A DNA stretch of 64,000 bases from an uncultured candidate division Zixibacteria bacterium. GTDB taxonomy: Bacteria > Zixibacteria > MSB-5A5 > GN15 > FEB-12. Positions 28,878 through 38,969 of the stretch are shown piece after piece; the first letter of the stretch is position 1; each line of letters begins with the position of its first letter. A program made the translations under genes and the position numbers. The stretch lies in the NCBI GenBank assembly GCA_963735035.1, contig CAVTJJ010000004.1, positions 384,001-448,000 on the forward strand, written 5' to 3'. The notes under the pieces are model-generated. The model searched no databases. It worked only from the letters and a program-made list of their open reading frames with translations, and was not told the DNA's origin.

Positions 28878-29846
28878 TCAGCCCTGCAGTCCTGTGATCG
28901 TCATGACCGCTTGTTTGATCCGTTCGGCGACATTTTCATCGCGGCCGATAGAGAAATCCGGCTGGGTGTCTTCCATGCCGTCGCCCTTGAACGCCAACGT
29001 CTTACAGCCGCAGGCCTGAGCCTCTTTGAGCACCAGTCCGAACCCCTCGCCGTAGGAAAGCATTATCAGCAGAACAGCCTTATTGAACCGGTCGACCAAA
29101 TGCTCTCGGGTCACCTGACCTTGAAGTGAAATCCGATCAGTCACCCCTAACTGGCGAATCAGCCCCCGGAGCTTCTCTTTCTCCGGGCCTTCGCCGAATA
29201 TTTCCAGCTTCAGGCCGGGGACTCTGGCAACCTCGCGGATCGCCAGGTCGAACTGCTTGCGCGGAATCAGCGAACCGACTGAGACAACTAACTTGGGATC
29301 GCGTGGCTCCGCACGATCGACAAAGAATGATCCTACCGGCATAGGTCGGACCTTGATCCGAGCTTCATCGAGAAACGGGTATATCTCCAGTAGGATGCGC
29401 TTCAGATCGGATGACACACACTGCCAGCTTCGGACTTTCAGGGCGCGATCGGCGTAGTAGCGGGCTACGAACGGGAATTTCTGAAGTTGATACAGGTCGG
29501 TGCCGTGGCAGATGACATCGACATTGTCGAAATGCTTCGTCGCAAAGGTCCCGTTCGGAAACCACCAGTGGGCGAGAATGTCCGGCCGCTGGCCGTTGTT
29601 CTCGGCGGTAAGGCGGTCGATGTCACGCTTTAGTTGCCGCGACGTATTCCAGAAGTAGCCGATGAACTTGGGCCATTTCCACGGTTTGCGGATCGACCGG
29701 GTCATCGGATATTCGCCAAACGGGTAGTAGAGGACTTCGACCTCGTGGCCGGTGTCGCGCTTCAGGATTTCGTTGTGGTCCTTGATGAACAGTCCGGCGA
29801 CCGGGTTGTCAGGGGTGGGGAAGTTGTGGGTTATGACGGCGATCAT
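28878..29846 (-). CDS. GT4 (GT-B) glycosyltransferase
   Basis: VGSLIPRKQFD, GEGPE and EGFGLVLKEAQACG motifs; upstream in-frame ATGs fall inside REPs. Confidence 0.88.
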   Translation of the reverse strand: MIAVITHNFPTPDNPVAGLFIKDHNEILKRDTGHEVEVLYYPFGEYPMTRSIRKPWKWPKFIGYFWNTSRQLKRDIDRLTAENNGQRPDILAHWWFPNGTFATKHFDNVDVICHGTDLYQLQKFPFVARYYADRALKVRSWQCVSSDLKRILLEIYPFLDEARIKVRPMPVGSFFVDRAEPRDPKLVVSVGSLIPRKQFDLAIREVARVPGLKLEIFGEGPEKEKLRGLIRQLGVTDRISLQGQVTREHLVDRFNKAVLLIMLSYGEGFGLVLKEAQACGCKTLAFKGDGMEDTQPDFSIGRDENVAERIKQAVMTITGLQG

Positions 29847-29856
29847 AGTTCTTTTG

Positions 29857-30003
29857 TCGGCAGATGTGGACATCTGCCGGGCACGGTTAGAGCAGATGTG
29901 GGTCCGCCGCGGCGGACCGGGCACTGTTAGCCTTCCGTCACCCTGAGCCTGTCGAAGGGTGACGACTTGTTGGCAAGTCATGCTTCGACAGGCTCAGCAT
30001 GAC
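29857..30003. repeat. REP cluster
   Basis: GGCAGATGTGGACATCTGCC (related at 38481), GTCACCCTGAGCCTGTCGAAGGG and GTCATGCTTCGACAGGCTCAGCATGAC (related at 53530-53603). Confidence 0.85.
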
Positions 30004-30079
30004 TTATCGGATGCTTTGAATGCCTAAGTCCAAGCTGCCCATAGCGGCGGGCACGGTGCTCACATCTCCGCTCTATATA

Positions 30080-30775
30080 CTACACCCCAAGCTCGCGCAC
30101 AAGGGAGGCGAGGTCCGGGAATGTCATGTCAGGAGCGGCAATCGCGTCCGGCGTGGCGCCACCACCCGGTCGGCCCTGGCGACGGTCAATCCAGACTGTT
30201 TTCAGCCCCAACTTCTTCGCCGGGACATGGTCGTGATACAACGACTGCGCTGCATGCAGCCATTTATCTTTCGGGCATCCCAATACTTTGTGGGCTTGCT
30301 CGAAAACCTGCATCGATGGCTTATATGCTCCCACTTGGGCGGCAGTCACGATGAAGTCAAACTCCACGCCCAGCAGTCGATTTGTTCCTGCGAAGAGATC
30401 GTCATCGGTGTTTGAGATAATTGCCAGCCTGTATTTTGACTTGAGCGCCTTGAGCGAAGCGACTGTGTCGTGAAATGGTGGCCAGCTCGGAAGCGATGCG
30501 ACTATAGCGTCGTATTCGGTACTTTGCAGTGTCACGCCGCATTCTTCACTCAGTTGTTTCATTGCCTCGCGAAGCACCTCGCGGTAGGGCCGATACGGTC
30601 CGGCCTCGATTTCAGCTTCGATTTGTCCGTATGCCTCGAGGATGACATCGTCGGGCAGGCGAACGTCGTACTTCTTCAGGATCGGTTTGACCGCCCCCAG
30701 AATGCCGGTCTCCCAGTCGATCAGAGTGCCGTAACAGTCGAATGAGATAACTTCGATCGTGTCGAATTGACTCAT
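30080..30775 (-). CDS. Haloacid dehalogenase type II (HAD family)
   Basis: FDCYGTLIDWETG, ISNTD, YKP and HAAQSLYHD motifs. Confidence 0.92.
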   Translation of the reverse strand: MSQFDTIEVISFDCYGTLIDWETGILGAVKPILKKYDVRLPDDVILEAYGQIEAEIEAGPYRPYREVLREAMKQLSEECGVTLQSTEYDAIVASLPSWPPFHDTVASLKALKSKYRLAIISNTDDDLFAGTNRLLGVEFDFIVTAAQVGAYKPSMQVFEQAHKVLGCPKDKWLHAAQSLYHDHVPAKKLGLKTVWIDRRQGRPGGGATPDAIAAPDMTFPDLASLVRELGV

Positions 30776-30820
30776 GCTCCGCCTCGTGACTATGTGGAAG
30801 CCGTGCCACGCACGGCCGGG

Positions 30821-31630
30821 CTATTTGATTTCCGAAACCACCAGGTCGATTTCGGTGCCGATGTTCAGCTCACTACCTTCCTGTTCGGACTGTTCGAGAA
30901 CCGTCTGCGGAAGATAGTTCTCGTTGTTCCTACGGGAGACCACCCCCAATTTCAGGCCCTTGGATTCGATCTCTTTCTTGGCCTCATCGAGCGTCTTCCC
31001 GACCAGGTTGGGCATATAGGTAAACGTCGATGCCCGCCCCCGGTTGACCATCAGGTTGACCGTGGATCCCAGAGGAACCTCGAACCCGGCCGACGGATAC
31101 GAGAAGACCACGACACGTTCGGGGAGCGTGTCCGAGAGCGCCCACTGGATTTCACCCATCACGAGGCCGTCGGTCTCAAGATCGAGCATCGCCTGACGGA
31201 CCGATTTGCCGGCGAGGTCCGGAATCGGTATCATCTTCTGGCCGAGCGAAACCACCAGCTTGATATTCCGCCCCGGTTTGACTTTGACCCCGGCGCGGGG
31301 GAACTGCCGCAACACCACGCCCGCCACGACGCCTACCGAGTACTCCTCGGACGCTTTCTCGCCGGTCAGTTCAAGGTCTTCGAGGGCGAGCTGAGCTTCC
31401 TGTAGCGTCTTGCCGGTGTAGTCAGGGAGGGTGAATTCGGACCCCTGACGGGTGACAATCGGCATCACGATTTTATCCAGGATCAGCCCGAGCAGTATGA
31501 CTGTTATCAGCGGGAAGGCCAGCCAGACAATAAGGCGTCGCTGTAGGGAGCCGACCGGGAGCTTGCGGCTCAGCCAGCTGTCGGAATCCGACGCGGATTT
31601 GGTAAGGCGGGTGGCGCGGGGTCTGTCCAT
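30821..31630 (-). CDS. PASTA-domain membrane protein (three PASTA repeats)
   Basis: TM helix, then LPDYTGKT, IPDLAGKS and MPNLVGKT repeats. Confidence 0.92.
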   Translation of the reverse strand: MDRPRATRLTKSASDSDSWLSRKLPVGSLQRRLIVWLAFPLITVILLGLILDKIVMPIVTRQGSEFTLPDYTGKTLQEAQLALEDLELTGEKASEEYSVGVVAGVVLRQFPRAGVKVKPGRNIKLVVSLGQKMIPIPDLAGKSVRQAMLDLETDGLVMGEIQWALSDTLPERVVVFSYPSAGFEVPLGSTVNLMVNRGRASTFTYMPNLVGKTLDEAKKEIESKGLKLGVVSRRNNENYLPQTVLEQSEQEGSELNIGTEIDLVVSEIK

Positions 31631-31758
31631 AGTCTCTGATTATACAATTGACCGGTTAATGTACGCAACTCCGGCGGCAGGCAGGGTCCGGCTTTTTAGG
31701 GGTGAGAGCAATCTTAAAATTGTAGGGGAGTGGCCGCCATTCTCTGTCTTGCCCCGGT

Positions 31759-32757
31759 TTAACCGGGGCTGGATTCACATTTGAAGTGCAACAGTTCGAG
31801 CCAAAAGAACTCTGCTGGAGTGAGGAAGTCCAGGCATTTTCGAGGCGTGTTATTGTAGATTTGAAAGAAGTCTGCGAACCGTCTCGGCGAGAGTTTGGTC
31901 AAGTCGGTTGACCGAGGGAGTCGGCGTCGGAGGCGACCGATTCCATTTTCGACGCCGCCTTTCTGCCAGGGTGAGTAGGTGTTACAGAAGTAGGTCTCGA
32001 TGTCGTGGTCATGGAGTCGGTAGTGCTGGCCGAACTCGGGACCGTTATCGAAGGTGATGGTCTGTCGCCAGGCGGGCGGCAAGGGTGCCAGGAGAGTGCA
32101 CATGGCCTTAGCAACCGAGGCGGCATCTTTGGCGGGTAGCTTAACCCCCATCATCAGGCGTGAGTGTCGCTCATGAAGGACGAGGACGCTCTGATCGGGT
32201 TTTCGGAAGTTCATGAGATCACCTTCCCAGTGTCCTGGTGTTTTCCGGCTCTTGGCGCTCTTCGGCCGCGCGGAGATAGGGCACCGCAGGGCTATAGACG
32301 ACGTCGACCGACCTCTCTTGCACCCTCGCCAGCTACGTCTGGCTCGGCCACGGATCAGTAAGTACCGCCAAGTGTAATCCTTAGTACGGGCGATCTGCGC
32401 GTAGATAAACCGGTAGATCGTTTCGTAGGAAATCACCTTCCGGCCCATCTCCACGGCCAGCCTTCCCGCGACCAACTCCGGAGACAAACCATTAGCTAGT
32501 CCCATCACTACCATGTCGCGCAGTTCTGGACGGCGATCCAATTTGGAGCCGGTCCAACGCCGGGCACGGCTCTGGTCGTTGGCATAGGCGGGCAGGTAAC
32601 CGCTTTGTCGGCTGCGATTTCGCCTTATCTCCCGAGCAATGGTCGATGGCGCGCGATCCAGAGCTGCCGCGATTTGCCGGAGCGACCGCCCGTTGGTGTG
32701 TAAGCGGGCAATCTCACACCGCTCTTCAAGATTGATCTGTGCATATCTTCGTTCCAT
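31759..32757 (-). CDS. IS30 family DDE transposase
   Basis: HTH SLRQIA..L.R.PSTI.RE..RN; GHWEGD, TFDNGPEF, PWQKGGVEN and NNTPRKCL motifs. Confidence 0.96.
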   Translation of the reverse strand: MERRYAQINLEERCEIARLHTNGRSLRQIAAALDRAPSTIAREIRRNRSRQSGYLPAYANDQSRARRWTGSKLDRRPELRDMVVMGLANGLSPELVAGRLAVEMGRKVISYETIYRFIYAQIARTKDYTWRYLLIRGRARRSWRGCKRGRSTSSIALRCPISARPKSAKSRKTPGHWEGDLMNFRKPDQSVLVLHERHSRLMMGVKLPAKDAASVAKAMCTLLAPLPPAWRQTITFDNGPEFGQHYRLHDHDIETYFCNTYSPWQKGGVENGIGRLRRRLPRSTDLTKLSPRRFADFFQIYNNTPRKCLDFLTPAEFFWLELLHFKCESSPG

Positions 32758-32800
32758 GACAACACCTTTAACAGGTGTTGCACTTCGTTTGTGAACTTAG
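31769..32800 (-). mobile_element. IS30 family insertion sequence
   Basis: Imperfect 25-bp inverted repeats CTGGATTCACATTTGAAGTGCAACA (31769-31793) and TGTTGCACTTCGTTTGTGAACTTAG (32776-32800); exact ends uncertain within G runs. Confidence 0.9.
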
Positions 32801-32863
32801 GGGGGCATCCAAGGGGGTTTTGTACTCCACCCAACGGGCGGGAAATGGAACGGGGCGCTTAGC

Positions 32864-33465
32864 CCCGTCATGCCCGACCTGGTCGGGCACCCATGGCTAC
32901 TCGCACTTGCAAGAGTGGAAAAGTTCACTATGGGGTTTGTGGGTCGACGGGTTCCCCTCCTGTCGATGACGTTTCACTTTCCACTCCGGCAGCCCATAGA
33001 CCCCCGACGCCTCGGGGGTGACGGCCTAAAGGCCGCCGCGCTTTCTAAGAACGGGCCGCAAGACCCGTCATGCCCGACTTGGTCGGGCACCCATGGCTAC
33101 TCGCACTTGCAAGAGTGGAAAAGTTCACTATGGGGTTTGTGGGTCGACGGGTTCCCCTCCTGTCGATGACGTTTCACTTTCCACTCCGGCAGCCCATAGA
33201 CCCCCGACGCCTCGGGGGTGACGGCCTGGCGGCCGTCGCGCCTTCTAAGAACGGGCCGTAAGGCCCGTCATGCCCGGCTAGGTCGGGCACCCATGGCCAC
33301 TCGCACTTGCAAGAGTGGAAAAGTTCACTATGGGGTTTGTGGGTCGACGGGTTCCCCTCCTGTCGATGACGTTTCACTTTCCACTCCGGCAGCCCATAGA
33401 CCCCCGACGCCTCGGGGGTGACGGCCTAAAGGCCGATGTCGAAACCGCAGGGGTTTCGACCTACA
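32864..33465. repeat. Tandem array of ~200-bp BIME-like units (about 2.9 copies)
   Basis: Units start at 32864, 33064 and 33264; each has GTCATGCCCGAC.TGGTCGGGCACCCAT, an identical ~100-nt linker and an inverted GTCACCCCCGAGGCGTCGGGGG. Confidence 0.95.
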
Positions 33466-33565
33466 AGGCCTCGTACAGGCATTGACACCACTGAACGCTC
33501 CGATTACATTAGGGGGGAGCATTGGGAACAGCGATTGGTAGAACGTCTGTGATCTGGTAGGGGAT

Positions 33566-34096
33566 ATGGCTATCCAATACAATCAAGCAAATTCAGATGG
33601 GCGAGATGGGGATGATTCAGAATTTCTTCGCGATCTTTCTATCTTCGTTGGCAAGAACGCAGATTACTACGAACGCAAGTGGCGCCCAATAGCCGACATG
33701 TCCAAGGCGACAAGCTGGAACTGGGCGGCCTTTCTATTCCCTTGGTTGTGGCTGACCTACCGGAAGATGTACGTAGTTGCGATCCCCTTTCTTGCTGTCG
33801 CGGTGGTTGTGGGCTGGCTCTTACCATCGTCTTCGTTTCAAATCGGGGTCGTCGGGAGTGTAGTCTGCGGTCTTCTTGGCAATTACATCTACTACCACAC
33901 ATCAATCAGGACAGTAACGAGAATTCGGCTGGCTACCGCAGATCCCGCTACGAGGAAAGCAGAGTTGACCCGTCGCGGTGGCACCAGTTGGCGGGGAGCG
34001 ATTATCATGTTGGTTATCGTACTACTGGTTTTCTGGTTTCTACCTCTGCTTCCTGACACTGCTCCTTCAGTCTCACTCCCAAATGGCGAGGCATGA
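33566..34096 (+). CDS. DUF2628-domain membrane protein
   Basis: FVGKNADYY..KW...WNWAAFLF..LWL.YRKMY...GNYIYY...GGTS; upstream TTGACA-17-TACATT. Confidence 0.88.
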   Translation: MAIQYNQANSDGRDGDDSEFLRDLSIFVGKNADYYERKWRPIADMSKATSWNWAAFLFPWLWLTYRKMYVVAIPFLAVAVVVGWLLPSSSFQIGVVGSVVCGLLGNYIYYHTSIRTVTRIRLATADPATRKAELTRRGGTSWRGAIIMLVIVLLVFWFLPLLPDTAPSVSLPNGEA

Positions 34097-34258
34097 GAAA
34101 CGCGGGCGTCTCTGTTAGCGGCCACCATTTTCTTCAGTCCTGACCCCTCCGCAATCCCTTGGCCGTATCCGTTTTCCTCCGTCGCCCCCCCACTTGCCCT
34201 TCGGGCCGTTATACACTACCTTCCCGCCGGCCACTTGTAACCGTAGCACTTGTACTCT

Positions 34259-36766
34259 ATGAGAAAAAGACTCGAAGAACGCTTCTTTCCGTTTGTCATC
34301 CGCCCCGGTCGGTACGCCGGCGGCGAACCGGGCCAAATCGTCAAAGACCCCACAGGGCGGTTCAAATACCTCCACGCCTACCCGGACAAATACGAGGTCG
34401 GCCAGTCGTATGTCGGCCTGCAAAGCCTCTATCATATTATCAATCAGGACGACCGCTTCCTCTGCGAACGCGTTTTCGCGGTCGATAACGACGCCGAAAC
34501 GCTCATGCGGCGCGAGTCGATCCCCCTCTTTTCGCTCGAAAGCTCCCGCGCTGCCCGCGAGTTCGACGCTATCGGCTTCACCCTGGTCGACGAAATGGTC
34601 AATACCAATTTCCTGACCATGCTCGATCTGGCCGGGATGGCGCTTCGCGCCGCCGACCGCGCCGATACCGATCCGATCATCATGGCCGGCGGGCCGGCGG
34701 TGTACAACCCGGAACCGCTCGCGCCGTTTGTCGATCTGTTTTTCATCGGTGACGCCGAAGAAGGCCTCCCGCAGATGCTCGGCATCCTGCATGATCTTCG
34801 CGGTCACACCAAAGAAGAACGACTACGTGCAATAGTCGAGCAGGTTGAATCGGTCTACGTACCCCGGTTCTATGATTCGGAGTTGCGCCCGACCGTCCCG
34901 TTCGCTCCCGAGAAAATCAAAGCGCGCACCATACCGGAACTGAAGCCGGAATATTATCCGTCGAACCCGCTCGTGCCGATGGTCGAGACGGTGCACGATC
35001 ACCTCGGAGTCGAGATCATGCGCGGCTGTCCGCAGGGGTGCAAGTTCTGTTTCGCCGGACCGATCTATCGCCCGGTTCGCACCCGCTCTATAAATGACAT
35101 CTGCCGCCAGATCGAAACCCAGTTGAGCACGACCGGATACAGCGCGATATCGCTATTAGCGCTTTCGGCCACCGACTATCCCGATCTAGAAAAGTTGGTG
35201 GCTACTCTGACACCTCGTCTTGCCCCGCAGCGGGTGTCGATCTCGCTGCCGTCGCTTCGTCCCGGAAGTGTCACGCCCAACCTGCTCAAGATCGCCAGCA
35301 CGGTACGCAAGTTCGGATTGACCATCGCGCCCGAGGCCGGCACCGAGCGACTGCGGTTGATCATTCGCAAAGATTTCCCCGATCAGGCGATAATAGACAC
35401 GGCGCGCATCGCGTTTTCGTCCGGTTGGACCGGGCTGAAACTGTACTTCATGGTTGGGTTGCCGACCGAGACCGAAGATGACCTTCGCGGGATCGCCGAT
35501 ATCTGCGGTCGGGTGCTGCAGGTCGGCCGCGAGTTCACGAACAAGGCGAGTATTACTGTTACGTTGTCGCCGTTCATTCCGAAACCGCACACACCGTTCC
35601 AGTGGGACGAAGCTCTACCGGAGCAGGAGATTTTCAACCGGATCAATTTCGTCAAGCGCCAGACCCGCTCGGGGCAGATCACGTTCCGGTTTGCGTCGAG
35701 TCACATGGCCATGGTGGCCACGCTGGTGGGGCGCTGCGGACGCGAGATGGCCGATGTTATCGAAACCGTATTCCGCAATGGGGGACGATTCGACAGTTGG
35801 GGCGAGCAATTCGATTTCGCTAAGTGGACCAAGGCGTTTGCCGAGCACAATATCGACACTGCCGCGCGCATGAAGCCGATCCCGTTCTCGCAACGACTGC
35901 CGTGGTCGCACATCGCCAAGGGACAATCTGTCGAGCACTTGATTGAAGAGCGCCAGAAAGCCTCGCTGCAACTACGGCCGTATGTGTCATTCGTGGAAGC
36001 GCCTAAGCCGGAAGAATCGAATGGCAACGAGAAGCAGGCGGCTTTCGGGCGGAACAAGAAGAAGGTTGTCTCCAAAGATCAGACGGCGCCGACCAAGAAC
36101 CGGGTGCGCGTGCGCTGGAGCAAATCGTCCCGATTCAAATACATGTCGCATCTGGAGAATTTGCACCTCATGGAGCATGCGCTCCGCCGGGCGCGTTTTC
36201 CGGTGGCCTACAGTCAGGGACACAATCCGATCATGAAACTTTCGCTCGGGCCGCCGTTGCCGCTGGGGTTTACGTCGGAGGCCGAGTATCTCGACATCAC
36301 GCTCGAAACGAATCTGATGCCGTTTATGATCGACAACCTTCGCAAGCAACTGCCGCAGGGAATCGAGATTCTCGAAGCGCGCACGTCGCTGGAAAAGAAA
36401 GCCTCGCTCAACGCCGCGCTCAACCGGGCCGAGTACACGGTATCGGCAGATTACTGGAGTGATCGGGCGCAATTGTCGGCGCGGTTGATAGAAGTAATGG
36501 CGACCCCGCATCTCGAGTGTCAACGCGGCGCCGAGGACAAGCAGAAGACGGTCGATCTACGACCCGGCATTTATGACCTGCGACTGGTGGATCAGACATT
36601 GCTGTTGGTGCTCGGTCTGGGCGAGGGGTACTATGCCAAACCGACCGAAGTGGCGACATATATCAAAGACGGACTGACGGTGCCGATAGAGGGCCTGCCG
36701 TTTCATCGGAAGGCGCTGTACCGCCTGGATGATTTCGGCACGCGGATCGACCCGATGGATTTGTAG
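34259..36766 (+). CDS. TIGR03960-type radical SAM protein fused to DUF2344 (TIGR03936-type)
   Basis: PGRYAGGE, YPDKYEVG, RGCPQGCKFC and APEAGTERLR motifs; C-terminal YMSHLE...YSQGHNP...PLPLG..SEAEY. Confidence 0.9.
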   Translation: MRKRLEERFFPFVIRPGRYAGGEPGQIVKDPTGRFKYLHAYPDKYEVGQSYVGLQSLYHIINQDDRFLCERVFAVDNDAETLMRRESIPLFSLESSRAAREFDAIGFTLVDEMVNTNFLTMLDLAGMALRAADRADTDPIIMAGGPAVYNPEPLAPFVDLFFIGDAEEGLPQMLGILHDLRGHTKEERLRAIVEQVESVYVPRFYDSELRPTVPFAPEKIKARTIPELKPEYYPSNPLVPMVETVHDHLGVEIMRGCPQGCKFCFAGPIYRPVRTRSINDICRQIETQLSTTGYSAISLLALSATDYPDLEKLVATLTPRLAPQRVSISLPSLRPGSVTPNLLKIASTVRKFGLTIAPEAGTERLRLIIRKDFPDQAIIDTARIAFSSGWTGLKLYFMVGLPTETEDDLRGIADICGRVLQVGREFTNKASITVTLSPFIPKPHTPFQWDEALPEQEIFNRINFVKRQTRSGQITFRFASSHMAMVATLVGRCGREMADVIETVFRNGGRFDSWGEQFDFAKWTKAFAEHNIDTAARMKPIPFSQRLPWSHIAKGQSVEHLIEERQKASLQLRPYVSFVEAPKPEESNGNEKQAAFGRNKKKVVSKDQTAPTKNRVRVRWSKSSRFKYMSHLENLHLMEHALRRARFPVAYSQGHNPIMKLSLGPPLPLGFTSEAEYLDITLETNLMPFMIDNLRKQLPQGIEILEARTSLEKKASLNAALNRAEYTVSADYWSDRAQLSARLIEVMATPHLECQRGAEDKQKTVDLRPGIYDLRLVDQTLLLVLGLGEGYYAKPTEVATYIKDGLTVPIEGLPFHRKALYRLDDFGTRIDPMDL

Positions 36767-36797
36767 AATGATTGCTCAGAGTAACCGACTCAGATGG

Positions 36798-37015
36798 TTG
36801 TGTCAGGTCCTGCCCGCCGAAGGCGGGTGTGACCTGACACGTTCTGGCGCTGAGAGAAGCGTCAGGTCACACCTCGCTCGACTTCGTCGAACTCGGCAGG
36901 ACCTGACGCAACCGTGCGAGCATGCGGGCTCTGATGCAACTGAGCATTTGTGGTTGGCGGACGTCCTCGTCCGCCAACGCTTGGCGAGTTGGCGCACCGG
37001 GAGGTACGCCAACCA
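36798..37015. repeat. REP cluster
   Basis: TGTCAGGTC...GACCTGAC units and GGCGGACGTCCTCGTCCGCC / GGCGCACCGGGAGGTACGCC (related at 50925-51035). Confidence 0.85.
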
Positions 37016-37033
37016 CGAATAGATTGATTTGAT

Positions 37034-38404
37034 ATGGTAGACACCGAGAGAAAAGCATTTGGCGGGCAACCGTACGATCCGGTTCGCGCGGCGGCGGTAG
37101 AAGCGATTGCGCTGGTCGAGAACGAACAATCCGGCGACGCCGCCCTGCACAAAGTGCAGGAGGGGCGATCGTTCAAATCGCTCGACATCCGTTTCATGAC
37201 GCAACTGGTCAACGGCACGGTCAAGATGAAACGGCGGCTGGATCACGAGATCAAGTTCTTCCTCTCGCGACCGTCGGTGCCTCTCAACCCGGTGCTTGCG
37301 AATATCCTTCGCATAGGATTCTATCAGCTTCTGTACATGGATCGAGTACCGGCGGCGGCCGCGGTTTCGGAGTCGGTCAATCTGGCGCGGAAATTCACCG
37401 ATGCCGCCCAGGCGAAACTGGTCAACGCGGTTATGCGTGCCCGCTTGCGCGATCCCGACAAAGTGCATTTCGCTGACAAAGAAGAGGATCCCGAAAAGTA
37501 CCTCGGTGACTACTACAGCTACCCTGATTATTTCGTTAAGTACTGTCTGGAAGAATTCGGCCTGCAGCGCGCCGAGCGCCTGCTGGCCGCGTACAATAAG
37601 CCTCCGACTGTCACCTATCGCGTCAATTATCTCAAAGCAAAACCGGACGCAGTCGCCGCGATCCTCAAAGAGCACGAGATATCGTTCAAAGTCGGAGCCT
37701 ATCTTCCGGAGTTCCTGCAGCTACAATCAGCGGGTTTGCCTTTGGAGAAAGAACTGATTCAGACGGGCATGGTGTTTGTGCAGGATGAATCGTCCGGCCT
37801 TCCGGTTCGGCTACTCAATCCGAAACCGGGTTCCACTGTGGCCGATCTCACTGCGGCGCCGGGCGGCAAGGCGACCTATGCAGCGGTAAGGATGCGCAAC
37901 AAGGGGATGGTGACTGCGATTGACAAATCCCGTCAACGTCTTGAGACGGTTGTCGAGAATGCCAAGCGACTGGGTGTGAAAATCATCTCACCGGTTCTTT
38001 GCGACATGACCGAATTTCATGGCGGTCCGTACGACCGGGTGCTGCTCGACCCGCCCTGCTCGGGCTGGGGGACGGCCCGCAAGCATGCCGATTTGCGTTG
38101 GTCCAAAGGTGTGAATGATATCGCCAGCCTGGCGAAGATTCAGGCGAAGATGATCGATCGGGCGTCACGGCTGGTCAAGCCGGGCGGGCTACTGGTCTAT
38201 TCCACCTGTACCATCATTCGGGCCGAGAATGATCAGATTGTCGAAGATTTTCTGTTACGCAACGACGCGTTTGAAATCGATTCGGCTACCCCGATGTTGC
38301 CTCAGGAACTGGTCAGCGAGCGCGGTTTTGTGAAGACTTATCCCGAATTCGACGATCTTGACGGTTCCTTCTGCGCCCGCCTGAAGCGCAAATTGAACAC
38401 GTGA
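37034..38404 (+). CDS. rsmB: 16S rRNA m5C967 methyltransferase RsmB/Sun
   Basis: NusB-like N-terminus; VQDESS, AAPGGK, DPPCSG and VYSTCT motifs. Confidence 0.95.
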   Translation: MVDTERKAFGGQPYDPVRAAAVEAIALVENEQSGDAALHKVQEGRSFKSLDIRFMTQLVNGTVKMKRRLDHEIKFFLSRPSVPLNPVLANILRIGFYQLLYMDRVPAAAAVSESVNLARKFTDAAQAKLVNAVMRARLRDPDKVHFADKEEDPEKYLGDYYSYPDYFVKYCLEEFGLQRAERLLAAYNKPPTVTYRVNYLKAKPDAVAAILKEHEISFKVGAYLPEFLQLQSAGLPLEKELIQTGMVFVQDESSGLPVRLLNPKPGSTVADLTAAPGGKATYAAVRMRNKGMVTAIDKSRQRLETVVENAKRLGVKIISPVLCDMTEFHGGPYDRVLLDPPCSGWGTARKHADLRWSKGVNDIASLAKIQAKMIDRASRLVKPGGLLVYSTCTIIRAENDQIVEDFLLRNDAFEIDSATPMLPQELVSERGFVKTYPEFDDLDGSFCARLKRKLNT

Positions 38405-38440
38405 TTTGAGATCTAACCCTCGTACTATCGGCGGAAGTTT

Positions 38441-38765
38441 CAAGTGCCCGGTGCGCCGTGGTAAGCCCACACAAGTGCCCGGCAGATGCCCACATCTGCC
38501 GGCTCGTCTTGCTACTGTTGGATGGAGATTGCCACGTCATAAATGTCATGGAGAATCTTCCTTTGCAGATCAATGGTGTCCCCTCCGGGTAGCGGCTCAA
38601 ATTCTGCCAACGCGAGTGGCCATGGGTGCCCGACCAAGTCGGGCATGACGGAGCTGGGCGCCCCATTCAAGAAATCCAATTCGACGTGGGCCCATATACC
38701 AGAATCCCCCCCGAAAAACCTACCCCAAATAAAAACCCAGGTGGGCGGTAAACCTACCTGGGTGG
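38441..38765. repeat. REP cluster
   Basis: GTGCCCGGCAGATGCCCACATCTGCC, ATGGGTGCCCGACCAAGTCGGGCATGAC and ACCCAGGTGGG...CCTACCTGGGT. Confidence 0.85.
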
Positions 38766-38969
38766 ACGATATTAGGTAATCCACAGAAAGAGTAACACTT
38801 TCCGATTGCAATACGAAAATAGCCGGTCTGCTGGATTTTGTCAAGGGAAAAAATGCAAATTTTCGGGGGGCTACCGCCCCGCCGAATGAGCCAAATGCCG
38901 CTACCAGAGCGGTTTTTCGCCCCGGCAGCGGCTACACAGGAAAAGAAGTTCAGCTTAACTTGTTATGTT

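Noticed and set aside
32870..33421. Repeated ORFs (MPDLVGHP...) in the arrays as real proteins
   Set aside because: The unit length is not a multiple of three, the sister array has a stop in this frame, and substitutions are spread over all codon positions.
32864..33465. CRISPR array
   Set aside because: Period is 200 bp, linkers are identical rather than unique, two hairpin types alternate, and no cas genes are present.
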